This document shows positions 34,102 through 46,988 of a stretch of DNA of 64,000 nucleotides, in pieces. Positions within the stretch are counted from its first letter, which is position 1. Each line of letters opens with the position of its first letter. This DNA is from Curvularia clavata. Lineage: Eukaryota. Made by a program: the position numbers and the translations under genes. The notes beneath the pieces were generated by a model. That model had not been told where the DNA came from, did not search any database, and saw only the letters and a program-made list of their open reading frames with translations. The stretch lies in contig CP089277.1 in the NCBI GenBank assembly GCA_023920165.1, forward strand, positions 2,046,001 to 2,110,000, given 5' to 3'.

Positions 34102-36069
34102 ATGTTGCCCTACATTAATGCACGTAAGTGTTGGTCAAGTCGGAAATGATGTCACTTGGGCTAATAGAAACGAAGCATTCGAGTATGTGGGTGGCATGCT
34201 TGGAAACTCGGCAGACGAGTGTAAGGAGACTCCGCATCATGTCTTTTGGGTCCGCTGTTGACCTTGGCTAGTAAAACTCGTCTTTTCCTTCTATCTTTCC
34301 TATCCACTGGCGGCCGTGCTCAAAAGGATACCTGATAAAGACCCATGGAAGAAGAACTTGTTCGTCATCAGGTGCGTTTGGCAATCTATGCACATAGCCT
34401 GGTCTTCATACTCATCGCCTCAGTGTATCAATGTTCTACCTAGTTGGTCTCTTTGATTTGTGGGCAGGCCTGCGAACCCTGTGCATCAGCGCTGGCGGCG
34501 CCTACCTGATCGCTTCCAAGATTCACTCTCCTTACATGCCCTGGATTGGCTTTGTGTTTCTCATGGGTCACATGTCTGTCAACCACATCTACCGCCAGGC
34601 CGTCAACGACCCCTCCGTGTTTGACATAACGGGAGCGCAAATGGTCATGGTCATGAAGCTTACTGCCTTTTGCTGGAACGTGCAAGATGGGCGCCTACCT
34701 GACTCTGAGCTTACTGATTTCCAGCGGGAACATGCAATCAGGACCATGCCCAGTATCCTTGACTATACTGGATATGTACTCTTCTTCCCTGGCCTCATGG
34801 CTGGTCCGGCATTTGATTATGCCGACTACAGCCAGTATATCACCACGACCATGTTCACTCTCCCGCCAGGCACAGACCCGGCGCGCGCGCCACCTACGCG
34901 AAAGAAGCGCAAGATCCCTCGAAGCGGAATGCCAGCTGCCATCAAAGCTGGTTACGGTACGCTGTGGTTGATTGCATTCATCAAGTTCTCAAGCTTGTAC
35001 TACCCGGCTTTCTTTGTGGGAGGCGAATGGCTGCGCTACAATTTTTTGCGCAGGGTGTGGCAGCTATACATGCTTGGACTTACTACGCGCATGAAGTATT
35101 ATGCTGTGTGGAGCTTGTCGGAAGGCGCATGCATACTTTCTGGAATTGGGTACAATGGCTTGGATCCCAAGACACACCGACCAAAATGGGACCGCCTCAC
35201 CAATATTGTGCCCATGGAGATTGAGGGCGCACAGAATGCTCGAGCTTACCTAGGCTACTGGAACATCAACACCAATCAGTGGCTCCGGAACTACATGTAT
35301 TTGCGGGTAACGCCAAAGGGCCAGAAGCCTGGATTTCGGGCTACGTTGGCCACATTTGTCACGAGTGCGTTCTGGCATGGCTTCTACCCCGGCTACTACC
35401 TTGCTTTTGTTCTCGCGGCATTTGTACAGACTGCTGCCAAGAGTAGGTTTTGCTATCAAAGTAAACCACGTAGTGTGCTAACCTTATCCAGACGGGCGAC
35501 GCCTAGTGCGGCCACTGTTTCTCAGTGCCGATGGCAAATCGCCGTTGCCCTCGAAGCGGTACTATGACATGTTTACCATGGTGCTAACACAAGTCGTGTT
35601 TGCCTTTGTGGTGGCCCCCTTCATCTTGCTTGGGTTTTCGGACACGATCAAGGTTTGGGCGGGGGTCTACTTCTACGCGCTCGTTGGCGTGGCGGCGTCG
35701 TTTGCTCTCTTCTCACGCTCGTTCCCCTTTCGCAAGATGCTCGTGCAACGGCAGTCTGCCCGTGCACCAGCGCCAACAGCAGCGGCCAGCAACCAGTTGG
35801 ATGAGCCAGCGATTGAAAAGGCCGCACGGGAAGAGGTCCGGAGAGAGAGGCTGGCGAGGACAGTGTCGGCAGATAGCGTGACGGGCGGCGGAGCACACAA
35901 GATGCCCGTGCTAGGCATTGCCGACGATCCAGAAAAGGTGATTGATGAGATTGTGGCGGAGGTCAAGGCGGAGATCGAGGGGCGGAGGCGGAGGGGGAGT
36001 GTGGTGCAGGGGTTTGATGTCAAGAAGGCGGTGCAGGAAAAGCTAAGCCAGTTCAACAGTCGGTCGTAG
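34102..36069 (+). CDS. ALE1: MBOAT lysophospholipid acyltransferase
   Basis: MLPYINAP|FEY..ADE|LKLVFSFYLSYPLA.., 'ITGAQMVMVMKL', 'WNINTNQWLRNYMYLRV' and 'SAFWHGFYPGYY'. About 4 introns. Confidence 0.92.
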
Positions 36070-37265
36070 GATGATGTGAGGCAGGAGATGGATGCATGGA
36101 GACGAGAACTAGATCGGCGAGTAGTTGCGGCAGTGGAATGGATGCATGCACCCACAGCCACGTGGAAATGGACGCCAAGCTTTGGGCGATCGCCCAGACC
36201 CCGGCCCAGATCGCCGCCTGGTGCCCGGCTTGGAGACCAAAACCCAACGTTGAGAGAGCGCATTTGTGATGCCGTTGGCGCTTCTCGACTCAGTCGTGCT
36301 GCCACCATGTCACTGGGCACGTGGCGTCAACTTTATCGTCTCTGTTAGCCTTCTCAGCCTCTGCAGCGCCGCCCGCTAGCCAGCGCCGGCCGCCTGACAC
36401 GGCCGCCGTGTCATTCTAGCGCCACCACGCACACGCGCACAAGACGCCCAAACTGGATGCTGACAAGATGAAAGACGAACTAGCAAACGTAGATGCTGCT
36501 CGCCGTGTCCGTGACAGCGTCACTGCCGGAGCCCTAGCCGCCGCCATGGCTGTCTGAAAACACCGCTATCAAACCCCCCCTGTCTGTAACTGTCGGTCGG
36601 CAATGCTACTTGCACACGTTGCTGAGACAGCAACCACGCATCTGCTTGGGATCTTCCAGATGGCCATGCGCAGTGGGCGCCGCTCGCTACCTCTCTTTCC
36701 GTCACCTACATTTTCCCGCCCTGTTGCGACCGGCTCGTGGTCCCTGTCATCTCCGTCGGACCGGTGCCTGGCAAAGGCCGTTCTGGGCCAACCAGCGTGC
36801 ACATATGCGTGCCTTACATGCATTGCTTGTCTAGTCTGATTGGTCACTGCTTCCCACATTGGCTGCGTTGCCTCGATCCATCAGCAACGCTAGTAGTACG
36901 CGACATAGACACCAGTGCTATCTGCAAGCTGCAATCCTCCTAGTGTGCCACTGCTAAACACGCGACGTCGCGCCCATGTTGGCTCCTCAAGGATCCCATC
37001 TCTTCGCTTCTCTCCTTTCCACCCCTACCTCGGCCAAAGCCGACATGAGTTCGCGGCGTACAGCTATCAAGAAGGGCCGCGGTTGCAAATCCCGGGCAGA
37101 TCATTTTTCCACGCATTCCTAACCCTCCGCAACCCATTTGGTCAATCTTCTCCAGCCTTTGCTTACAACCTCGCAATCCGTGTACAGAAGTACCATTTGT
37201 GCATTGATGCCTCGGACAATTTGCTAATCAACAACACTGGGCTCTCCACCCTCTCCGGGCCAAAC

Positions 37266-38509
37266 ATGGAGGTCCCAACCCATGGCCCTCTCATCATCGG
37301 TGTCTCGTGGGGGTTAACAATATTCAGCGGTGGTTTTCTGGGTCTGAGGATATATGCAAAACTGAGTCGCAAACAAGGCTTATGGTGGGATGATCACATT
37401 CTCATCATCTCATGGGTACGCCATCATTCTTAATGCTCGCATCTAGATCCTTTGCTAATACCGGGGAACAGTGTTTGCTTCTTTGTCAGACCATATTCAC
37501 CCAAGCCGGAGTGATACTGGGCTTTGGAAAAATGCTCCAGGATATCCCGCCGCAAAATATTATGACCATCCTCTTAGGATCTGCCGTCATGTCCACCGTT
37601 TCCAGTGTTGCCGCAACCCTCTCAAAAATGTCCTTCGGCGTCACACTGCTACGACTCACCTCAGGTTACATGCGATGGGCAGTATGGTTCTGCACAGTCA
37701 CCCTTTTCATCGTCATGTTGCCCAGTGCCGTCGCTCCTTGGGTTCAGTGTCCTGCAGAGTCGACGGCAGTAAGTGCCCCTCACGGCGTTTGTTGGGACAC
37801 TATATCATCAATTCACTATGGCATCTTCAACGCCGCTTGGTGCGCTGCAGCCGACTTTGCCCTTGCGTTAATGCCATGGTGTTTAATTTGGAATTTGCAG
37901 CTAAAGTTTCGTGAAAAAATTGGCGTAAGCATTGCTATGAGCATGGGCATGCTGTGAGTATCCCCCAAGCGTTACTATAGCCTGGCAAGATATCATGCTC
38001 CCTACCATGTGTGCTGACCTTGGTCTTTTAGTGCAGGTATATGCGCCATTGCAAAAGGTGTATATGTAGTGCAACTCCGGGAACAAGACTTCTCTTACAA
38101 TGGCAAAGACTTGGTCATATGGACAGTGACTGAGATTGCCACTGCCATTGTGGGTGGATCTATTCCTGTACTCCGCGTTTTCTTCAAAGAAACCATCTCT
38201 TCCTACGGACGATCGGGCGCCAAGACCAATACCAGTGTTCCACTGTCGCGGTTGAACAAAAGCCAGCACTCCACCATCACCACTACCGTGCTAGCGGTAA
38301 CGCAGAGTAAAGACGGAAGCTGGACCACACTGCCAGAAGACGGTGATGGTGCAAGCCAAAGAGGCATTCTGGAAGATGAAGAGATGGGCGGAGTTGGTAG
38401 AACGACAACGCGCGGAGATGATCGCATATTACAAACGAGCACAGTCACGGTTACCGTGGACGAGGTTAGCTCGACGCACAAAACTAGGTCTTTTCTCAGC
38501 GCTGGATGA
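37266..38509 (+). CDS. PTH11-like (rhodopsin-domain, no CFEM) integral membrane protein
   Basis: 'LRIYAKL...LWWDD', 'LSKMSFGVTLLRL', 'ADFALALMPW..IWNLQL..REKIGV.IAMSMG' and 'WTVTEIATAIVGGSIPVLR'. Introns ~37416-37471 and ~37954-38030. Confidence 0.85.
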
Positions 38510-39755
38510 ATAATTTTGTCCGTAAAAATGCCAAATATACTTCTTATCAGCCTATTTTTTCATAGATCTGTTACAAGTGGTATTTTACCCAACGCTAGCT
38601 TGCTTTAAATAAGATCAGCGACACAGTAAAACATGACCGTCCCTACGGAGTTCTTCGGTCAATATCTCAAGGAGCTTGAAACACATGGCACACGACTTAC
38701 TTCCAGCGCACATGGCACCACATCCCTGCGGTGGATCGTGGGGAATCACTTGCCTTTCCAAGCGAGCTGAGTGATTTCGTTCTACCTGTTCATTGATGAC
38801 CAAAACTTTACAAACCTCCAACTTTCCTCAAGGGAACGGATGCAGAGCGGGGAGGCTTATGCGCAGCAAGAGTCGTGTAAACCCAACACGGTACTTGACA
38901 CCCCTAGTCTGCAAGGACCAGTCAGAATCACCGGAGCGATAACCGTTCGACCACTCCGTACTACGCCTTTAGTGAAAAGCCGAGAATAACTGCCTAGTCT
39001 CCAGCGCTGTTTGCACATGCGTCACGCATATCAGTGTCGCAAACTTTACTTAGGTCGGCAAGTAGAAGTGTTACACATCACTACAATTGCCGATATGCTT
39101 CACACTAGTGTTGATGATGGTTAGGCCTTGAACGGACGAATCACATACAAAGTATTCTTTCAAAGGTCAATCCTAGTCCCCTCATGGCAAGGTTTCTCCA
39201 CACAATTCGTCAACCTTCCCCTCAATGAGGCTGATCGTGGCCTTGGCAGCAAACAAGGTACAAGGTTCGTTAGTGCTCCCGTGACTGAGCGCGGCAGTGC
39301 ACACTGGCCAATGCGGCTGAAGTCTTGATAGGGATCAACTTGTATATTACTGAAGCACGTGATGTTTACCGCAGTCTACCTCGGACCATGGTGTCTTCGT
39401 TGCCATCTTGCACGTGCTCGCAGGAAATTGTCCGTTCCTAATCAAACTGTTGAACTAAATTAGCTTCGATATGCGTCTGCAGTATACCGGATCTCAATTA
39501 CACTCGCCGAAGGCTAAATTTGCTCCCTCGCTCGTGAGACGCATTGACCGATGACATGTCTGACGCGAGATTATGCTTGTCAACATCCACATGCTGGCTT
39601 ATTCTAAGCTTTGATATACTTGCGCCATCAAATTCTAAGCCACTGCATAACCCTTTCGTAACACAAGCTCGCTTGTTAGATTGATCAAGATTCAGAATCA
39701 AAAATTGGACGTTAAGAATGTTTGACGTTGATAGGGATTTAATCTACTATGTAGT

Positions 39756-41732
39756 CTACATCGCCTTCAGACATGTATCGATGACTGCAGCATAGTGAAG
39801 ACACTCCTCGTCACGCATCCTATTAGTGATAACCTGAATCGATGTTGGCATCCCATCCATAGCTTGAGGGTCATCTAGAAACAGTATGCATTAGCTCGCG
39901 GCTAGATAAGAAAACATGTGCCATGGCCGAAAGGTGAACTTACAACTTGGACCGTGTTGACCAGGGCCCATGATTAGAGGCTCAGGATCAAGTTTGCTAG
40001 ATGATTTACCGAATGGTATGACGCATGCGGGGTACTATTTCGATCGTTAGTGGTGGCGGCTTCATCGTCAAGCTAGGGAAAGAGAGGACTGACATCGAGC
40101 ACATTCAGCAATAAAGTGTAAGGGGGTAGGCCGTAGGTGTCATGCGGGACAGCCGTATTTTGTGCAGGTGGCCCGATCACGACGTCCAGTTTTTGCTCCT
40201 TCCACATCTTTCTCCATCCTTCGGCGATTGTCTCTCTCTTGACGTTCAGCGCGGCTACTCGCTTGATACCCTCCAGATGCGCACAGTCATCAAGGAAGTC
40301 ACACTTCACTGCGTGGAAAGCTCCCATGGATTGAATGACGGACGGCACGACAGGTTCACCGCTAGCTGCAATGTGTTGTGGGGGCGTGTCGTCAAGACCA
40401 AAGAAGGCAAAGGCAAGAGTCAGTGCGTTTGCAACATGGGCATTAGACGCACTTATCCTGTAAATAGAGTGACCCTGTGCTTCCAGTAATCGTACGGCAT
40501 CTTCCAAGGCCCGCTTCACTGGTGGATGCAACGGGTAGGTTGGATCTTCAGGAATTACGCCAATCCGCAGCTTCTCCACGCTCGAAGGCTGGGAGACGTC
40601 CCTCCAAGGAATATCAAGAGCGGTAGAGTCGTAGAGCGCGGGTCGTACTGACATGACCGAGCTGCATAAGATGTCCAGTGCTTTGATGTCGTTTGCTAGA
40701 GGTCCCGCCGAAGGGTTGAAGAAAGACATTCCTCCACTCACTGGTGACGCTTGGCCACCATCAGGTACGCGTGCAGTCGAGGGCTTGAATCCATACGTCC
40801 CGCAACACAGGGCTGGTATGCGAATGGAGCCTATCGTTTATGGTAAGTACGAAACTACAAACCAACGAGGAAATAGTTTGACGAACCAGCAATGTCTGTG
40901 CCAATGCCCAACGGAGCACCTCGGAACCCCATGAGTGCACCCTCGCCACCACTTGAACCTCCAGCTGTCAGGCTCGTTTTAAGTGGGTTCAATGTGCGGC
41001 CAAAGACGTTGTTATGGGAGTCTGCGGTCTACAAGATGTCAACAACTTCCATGCTCCCTTCATCGAGAGCAAATCGCGCTTACCATCATGGTTTGTGGAA
41101 TATTGGTCTTCACATATATGACTGCTCCAAGCTCGAGCAATATGTCGACGAGCGGTGAGTTGGCCTTGGACGGCCCATGGTCTAGGAAAGACACAAATCC
41201 AATCGTGGCTGCCAAACCAGCCACATGAAACCCGTCTTTGAGACTGATTGGTAAGCCATGAAGAGGCCCTAGGATACGACCTTGTGTTCTTTCGTTGTCG
41301 AGAAACTTGGCACGCTCTAGTGCTTCAGAGAAATAGGTTTCAGTAAGACAGGAGAGCTAGAAGAACGAGCATTAGATACTGATCGACGGCGAAGGAAAAA
41401 ACACAGCTTACTAGCTGCTGTGCCATTGCTGCTCTCTTCGAAAAGGCAAGTGTGACCTCCAAGGATGATAGTTCACCATTTTTCAGTTTCAGCAAGAGCT
41501 GCTCTACAGTGTATTTCTCAGTGATGCCCAGTTCCTTCTCCGTCATGATGCCCGACTTTCGTGGTATGTCCATGTCGTTTACACAGTTCGGATGCTCAGC
41601 CAGCGGCATCTGAAGCGTCTCCAAGATAGAGGAGGGAAGAAGCCATTCTTTCGGGATCTTATCACGGTTTGATTGCTGCTTCGCATCGACCTTCGTCTCC
41701 CAAGAGGTGCTAGTCATAGTGGACGTGGCCAT
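39756..41732 (-). CDS. Amidase-signature family amidase (acetamidase/general amidase type)
   Basis: Spliced 'GPLHGLPISLKD', 'GGSSGGEGA', 'GTDIAGSIRIP..CCGTYGFKP', ending 'GMPTSIQV..DEECL..CLKAM*'. Several introns. Confidence 0.9.
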
Positions 41733-42139
41733 ATTGGCAATCAGAATTGTAAAATCAAATAGGAAATATGTCAGGACGTCAGGGGACTTGCAGGGGCTAC
41801 GCCCAAATATGTATGGTGGCAACGAACCCAAATGCCGTCAAGGTCTTCCGAAACTAAGACATGCTGCGGGGATCCATCTGATCAAGACAATACATTCTTG
41901 GGGCGCAGATAGTGCGTCGTGTCAAAAATCTACCCGCGTTTACTGTTTGACCGGCATCACCTAGTGATAACTGGATGCGCGTCGCTTGGTACCCCACGGC
42001 CGATTAGCGCCAAGCCGGTCGGTTCTGTGCAATGTAATTGGCCCGTTATGCCTCCGAACGTTTCGGAAATGCAGAATCCGGGGAACGGCAGATACTGGAT
42101 CGAGACCCCTTGGGTTTGGTGAGCGGGACTAGGCCCGCG

Positions 42140-42150
42140 TATATATAAAA
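42140..42150 (+). promoter_or_regulatory. TATA box of the MFS gene
   Basis: TATATATAAAA about 110 nt upstream of the ATG at 42258. Confidence 0.55.
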
Positions 42151-42257
42151 GAGCTGGCACGGTGGGGTAAAGACATCACCCCATCATTAGGCATTGTATT
42201 CCTCGGAGACACGGTTCCATTGTCTTTCATCCAGTTCGCTGTTTCCCGTTGGTCACG

Positions 42258-44056
42258 ATGAATGAGTCGATTGTTCATGGCGAGGGTGATGAGTCCTTTT
42301 GGGCGCCTGGTACCATCCGGCTGGAGGATTGTAAGATACCTCAACTCTTGTCCCCATCAGAGTGCTGACCATGAACCTCCAGTGACGCGATCCAAGACTG
42401 AAGTAATCCTGCATCCCGTACCGACATCAGATCCAGACGACCCCTTAAACTGGAGTAAGATTCGCAAGTCGATTAATTTCGGACTGGTTGGTTTTTTCGT
42501 TCTCTGGACATTCGCCCAGCTCCAGGTTGGCGCGACATCCTGGGGTCAGCTCATTGGTCAGCTGCATTTCACCATCGACCAGTTGAATCAAGGAGTGGCC
42601 ATGTCCTCTGCCGGTCTGGCGATCGGCTGCATGCTCTTCATGCCTTTTGTGCACAAGTATGGACGACGCCCACTCTACATAATCAGCGCCGCACTACAAC
42701 TCGCTGGTGTGATCTGGCAGGCCAAGATGCAAAACTACAGCGACTGGATGGGCTGCAACTTTCTGGGAGGTCTAGGTGGCGCCATCAGCGAGGCCGTCGT
42801 TCAAGTCACTATCGCTGATCTCTTCTTTGTGCACCAACACGGCACCATGAATGCTTGGTACCTTGTCTTCACCGCTATCGGTGCGACACTTGGCCCTGTA
42901 GCCTCTGGTTTTGTGGTACAGTCGCAGGGATGGCGCTGGATCTGGTGGTGGTGCACCATCTTCCTAGCCATTAACCTTGTTGCTGTCATAGGTGCCTTCG
43001 AAGAATCGAAATACATTCCAGTTCTTGATGGACAAACTATCACCCTGGACCAGGACTCTGCAGGCACCAATACAATGGCGACCGATGTAGAGCCGCAAAA
43101 GACCGACGCTAAGCACACAACCATGGAGAGGATTCAATCCAGGATTGACCCATCCATGCCCCGAAAGACATATCTCCAGCGCATGGCTCTGATTACCACC
43201 TCTGAAGATTACTCTATTCGCCACCATTTCTACCAGCCAATCCTGGTACTGTTCATGTTTCCAGCTGTCGCCTATGCCGCCCTTACTTATGGTACAGTTT
43301 TGGCGGCCCTGGCGCTAATGGCTTCCACACAAGCAACCTACCTAATTCAGCCCCCCTATAATTTCGGTCCTTCTGGCGTCGGACTAATGAATCTCGCTCC
43401 GTTCACAGGCACTTTCCTGGGATTTTTTGCGGGCGGTTACCTCAACGACAAGTCCATGATGTGGTTTGCGAGGCGCAATGGAGGCATTTACGAACCCGAG
43501 ATGCGCCTCTGGCTCGGCCTTTTGTCCGCAATTATCCTCCCGGCTGGCGTTCTCATGTTTGGCATAGCGCTAGCCCACGTAAGTCTAGTATCCTTGACAA
43601 TGATCATTAGTTACTAACCTTTTTGGACAGGGCGTACATTGGATGGCCATGGCGGTAGGCTTTGGCATGTTTGGCTTCACATTTGTGCTTGCCAGTGGTA
43701 TTGCTCTTGCATACGTGACGGATTGCTATCAAGAGGTGAGAAAAAGCAATCCGACTGGGCCAAGCCGATACAGAAATTAACCTAGCGTGATACAGATCCT
43801 CGGAGATGTCATGATCGGTGTCACCTTTGTTCGAAACGTGTTCTCTGTCATTATTCTTTTCGTGCTTACCCCATGGACTAATGCTATGGGCATCCAGAAC
43901 GTTGCCATTATCACAGCGGCCTTTTGCTTCGTTATCCTCATGATCCCCGTACCACTGATCATATGGGGTAAGAAAATGCGAATTGCAACGGCTAAGCGAT
44001 ATGAACAAATGGCGCTTCGACAGCCATCTCATCGAACACTCGGTCAACACCTGTAG
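42258..44056 (+). CDS. MFS transporter (Hol1-like/DHA1-related)
   Basis: MNESIV..PGTIRLEDL|..ILHPVPTSDPDDPLNWS, 'KYGRRPLY', 'TIADLFFVHQHG' and 'GIYEPEMRL'. Introns ~42331-42382, ~43579-43630 and ~43736-43795. Confidence 0.88.
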
Positions 44057-44139
44057 AACGGATCGGTCCTACGCTTTGTATGTAGACATTAAGGTTCTCA
44101 ATTGTTGTGTAATACCCAATCTTTGCACTTATTGGGTTA

Positions 44140-45564
44140 CTATGGAAGCCAAGTGACCACATCGCACCAATGTACCTGTCCTCGAATATCTTTGATTGCC
44201 CAAAACGCAGATAGTTGATTCTTTATTTTGATTCTCAACTGGCTGGAAAATTCAATAAAGATGTCCACCTCTTCAAGCGACGTTTGGCGGTCATTTGGGT
44301 CCGTTAGTTCGAAGCACGCAGCCATGAATGGGATTATCACTTGTGGAACTGCCCGTTTGGTGTGCCCACGCACCGAACGCAGTTCTTGCAGGATTGCATC
44401 AGATAAGGCTGTACCTGTTGCCGATTCCGTGCCATAAGCATAGCGTAGTCGGTGTACCAGGAGAAGCACACAATAACGATAGGTGTTCGCTTGAGATAAC
44501 AGGCTGACCATTTCTTCTTGTAAGAAACGAGCATCGCAACCTTCAGGTAGTGAAGGTATCCATTTGTAGGTAGCCAACTCTATTGAATCTAGGGACCTCA
44601 TGATCTCGAAATCGCTGGGTCGCTCCTCTTGGCGCAAAATAAAGCCAATTTCGCATATATCGTGTAGATAAGGCAGCATAGGCGAAGCGATTCCTACGTA
44701 ACGGTCTACGGAGCCCTCTGCAAGTTCTGGTCTGAATCTTATTGTCGGAACCTCGCCCCGTATAAAGCACTCCTCGGTCTCGCTTATTATAAGGCAAATA
44801 AAAAAGGCCAAGCACTCAGAATCCAGTTTCGGAATGGACTCGTAAGTGGGCTTGATAGTAACGAGAACATGTCGGCATATAGCCAACGCGCTTCCAGATA
44901 TATGCAGCGCGAAGGTGACGGCGCTCACCGCGAGCAACAAAATGGCAGACAGATCTTCGAGATCGATGGATTTTATTGAGCGTAATGTAGAGATTGCGGA
45001 AGCAGCCCTCCTGTGACCAATAGCCCTGTCTTCATGTGATGGATCGGGATCATACTCGCAAGCTAGAAGTGCTGCAGTCGCTATCAAAGCGTCATGAATC
45101 CATGGCGGTGCGTTGTGAAGGTGCCTGGCAAAAGTTTTATGGTGGTTGACCCGGAAGCTGGGCGCGACCAAGAATTGCTCAATCCGTGGCCTTCCTTGCG
45201 AAATACATTTGACGATGAACATTTCGCGATCGCTCAAAGCGTCAAATGGAGAGGGACTTCTGGGAATGGAAATTATGTCTGATTCAGGGCTTGTTGAAGT
45301 GGTGTCTTCGGTGACTGTAGGGGCGGGTGCCAGAGCCACAGCAGAGCTCTCGCTACGGGGACGGCGTACATGGGGTGATGTTGCACTCCCATCATGGCGA
45401 AGATGACGAGGCTTTCGGCCAGCCGTTCCCACGGGTCTCAGACTTTGGCACGTGTTTTGCAGTCGGTGGCAACGTTCACAGGCGTTCTGGCCGGGAATAC
45501 GCCTACATTTCTCCTTGACGGCGTGGCACCTGTCGCACGCCCGTGTTGTTGGTGGTCGGCCCAT
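44140..45564 (-). CDS. Zn(II)2Cys6 transcription factor
   Basis: N-terminal 'RACDRCHAVKEKC..ACERCHRLQNTC' followed by a fungal TF regulatory domain; 474-aa ORF. Confidence 0.92.
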   Translation of the reverse strand: MGRPPTTRACDRCHAVKEKCRRIPGQNACERCHRLQNTCQSLRPVGTAGRKPRHLRHDGSATSPHVRRPRSESSAVALAPAPTVTEDTTSTSPESDIISIPRSPSPFDALSDREMFIVKCISQGRPRIEQFLVAPSFRVNHHKTFARHLHNAPPWIHDALIATAALLACEYDPDPSHEDRAIGHRRAASAISTLRSIKSIDLEDLSAILLLAVSAVTFALHISGSALAICRHVLVTIKPTYESIPKLDSECLAFFICLIISETEECFIRGEVPTIRFRPELAEGSVDRYVGIASPMLPYLHDICEIGFILRQEERPSDFEIMRSLDSIELATYKWIPSLPEGCDARFLQEEMVSLLSQANTYRYCVLLLVHRLRYAYGTESATGTALSDAILQELRSVRGHTKRAVPQVIIPFMAACFELTDPNDRQTSLEEVDIFIEFSSQLRIKIKNQLSAFWAIKDIRGQVHWCDVVTWLP

Positions 45565-46988
45565 TGAACACGCTCAAAGATGCGTCATCCAGAGTCATGA
45601 TAGAAGAGTGTTCGTGTGTTTAGACAGGGAGCAGGATGCTGGCGGGCTTGGACGGGACGGCCCCAGAATGACTAATCGTGCATCGCCCGAGCGTCTCAGC
45701 CTCGGGGAAGCGGGATCCGGGGTGCCGGGGAAAATAAATGGAACAAGTTATGTGGGACGATAGGTCTCCTATCGTTATCTTTGACCGTAGTGTCATCCTA
45801 AATTGCCTGCTATGTATGTATGCGTTTTACGTACATATCCTTGCGCTATTTGTTTCCTTATACACTTGGTATCTTGCGAACTATACTTATAGCCCCGGCC
45901 GAAGTCAGACTTTGCTCGCCACTGGAGGTTGCCATTTCCCTGCCTCTTCGTTCAATCGGACAAATGCCTCTAACCATGTCGCAAGTCTGCAACTAGTTTT
46001 TTTCAGCTAACCCCAGAAGTAGAACAAAACAGGAATTGCAACGGTCTCACAGATTCCAAACGGCTTTGATGCAAGGACTGCATCAGGTTGGGCAAAACCA
46101 GTCGACGGCAATCATGAGATGAGTGGCATCTTGCAAGCTTGTGGAGCTTTCGGTCCAGATCTTGCCGTACTTGCTGAATCATCTGTGCTAGGTAACTCAT
46201 TGTGAGAAGGTTTGTTGTTACCAGTCATGGAGCGCAGGGGCAGAGGTGCAACAATGGAAGCAACAAAATATAAGGGTGGGCATACATTCAGATAGTACCC
46301 ATATATAAAATCTGGTGGGTCCCGTCAACCAGATCAAACCCCTTCTCGAAGGCTCTCTACTGAGACGATGCTGCCTATCTGTATCCAGTCGTGCTCGGGC
46401 CCGATTGGACACTTGAACCATACTACCCAGAGCATACATGGCGTGCAAGACGGATGCCACACTGCCACTATTTTGAACCCGATGGCCAAACCCAAGTCTC
46501 ACTTCGGCAAAAATGTAGCGAGCCTCAACCCGAAATCTTGTGTACAAAATCCGACTTGATATGGGAGAAGGAACCAGAAGTAGAAGAAGCTATGTGAGTC
46601 CTTGGGAGTCCAGGTTCGCCTGTTGGAATGCAGCTTATGATATATAGAGAAACCGACTAAAGGCGGTAGCCTCTAAACGTGACCCAACCACCTTTTCAGG
46701 CCAATAATCGCATATGTGGGTCTTCCGATACTTAGTTCGTTACCGCTATGGAGTGACGATATTGCGCTCGGGAAGTAGAACCGGAGGCAGGGCGTGATAC
46801 CCTGTGCCATCAAGATGCCGGTATCATGCAAATCATGGTGATGAGAAGGATAAGAATTCGCTTCCGGAAAAGGTTTCTGGGAGGGTTGGTAACGAACAGG
46901 GAACAAATGAACAAAACACAGCCTGTATCTTCCTGATCCATAGGTTATTGTCAGGCTACACAGGCAGAAGCCCTTCTTATAGTGAAAC

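Noticed and set aside
46300..46600. TATA-like sequence followed by short ORFs
   Set aside because: No recognisable domain or consistent exon structure.
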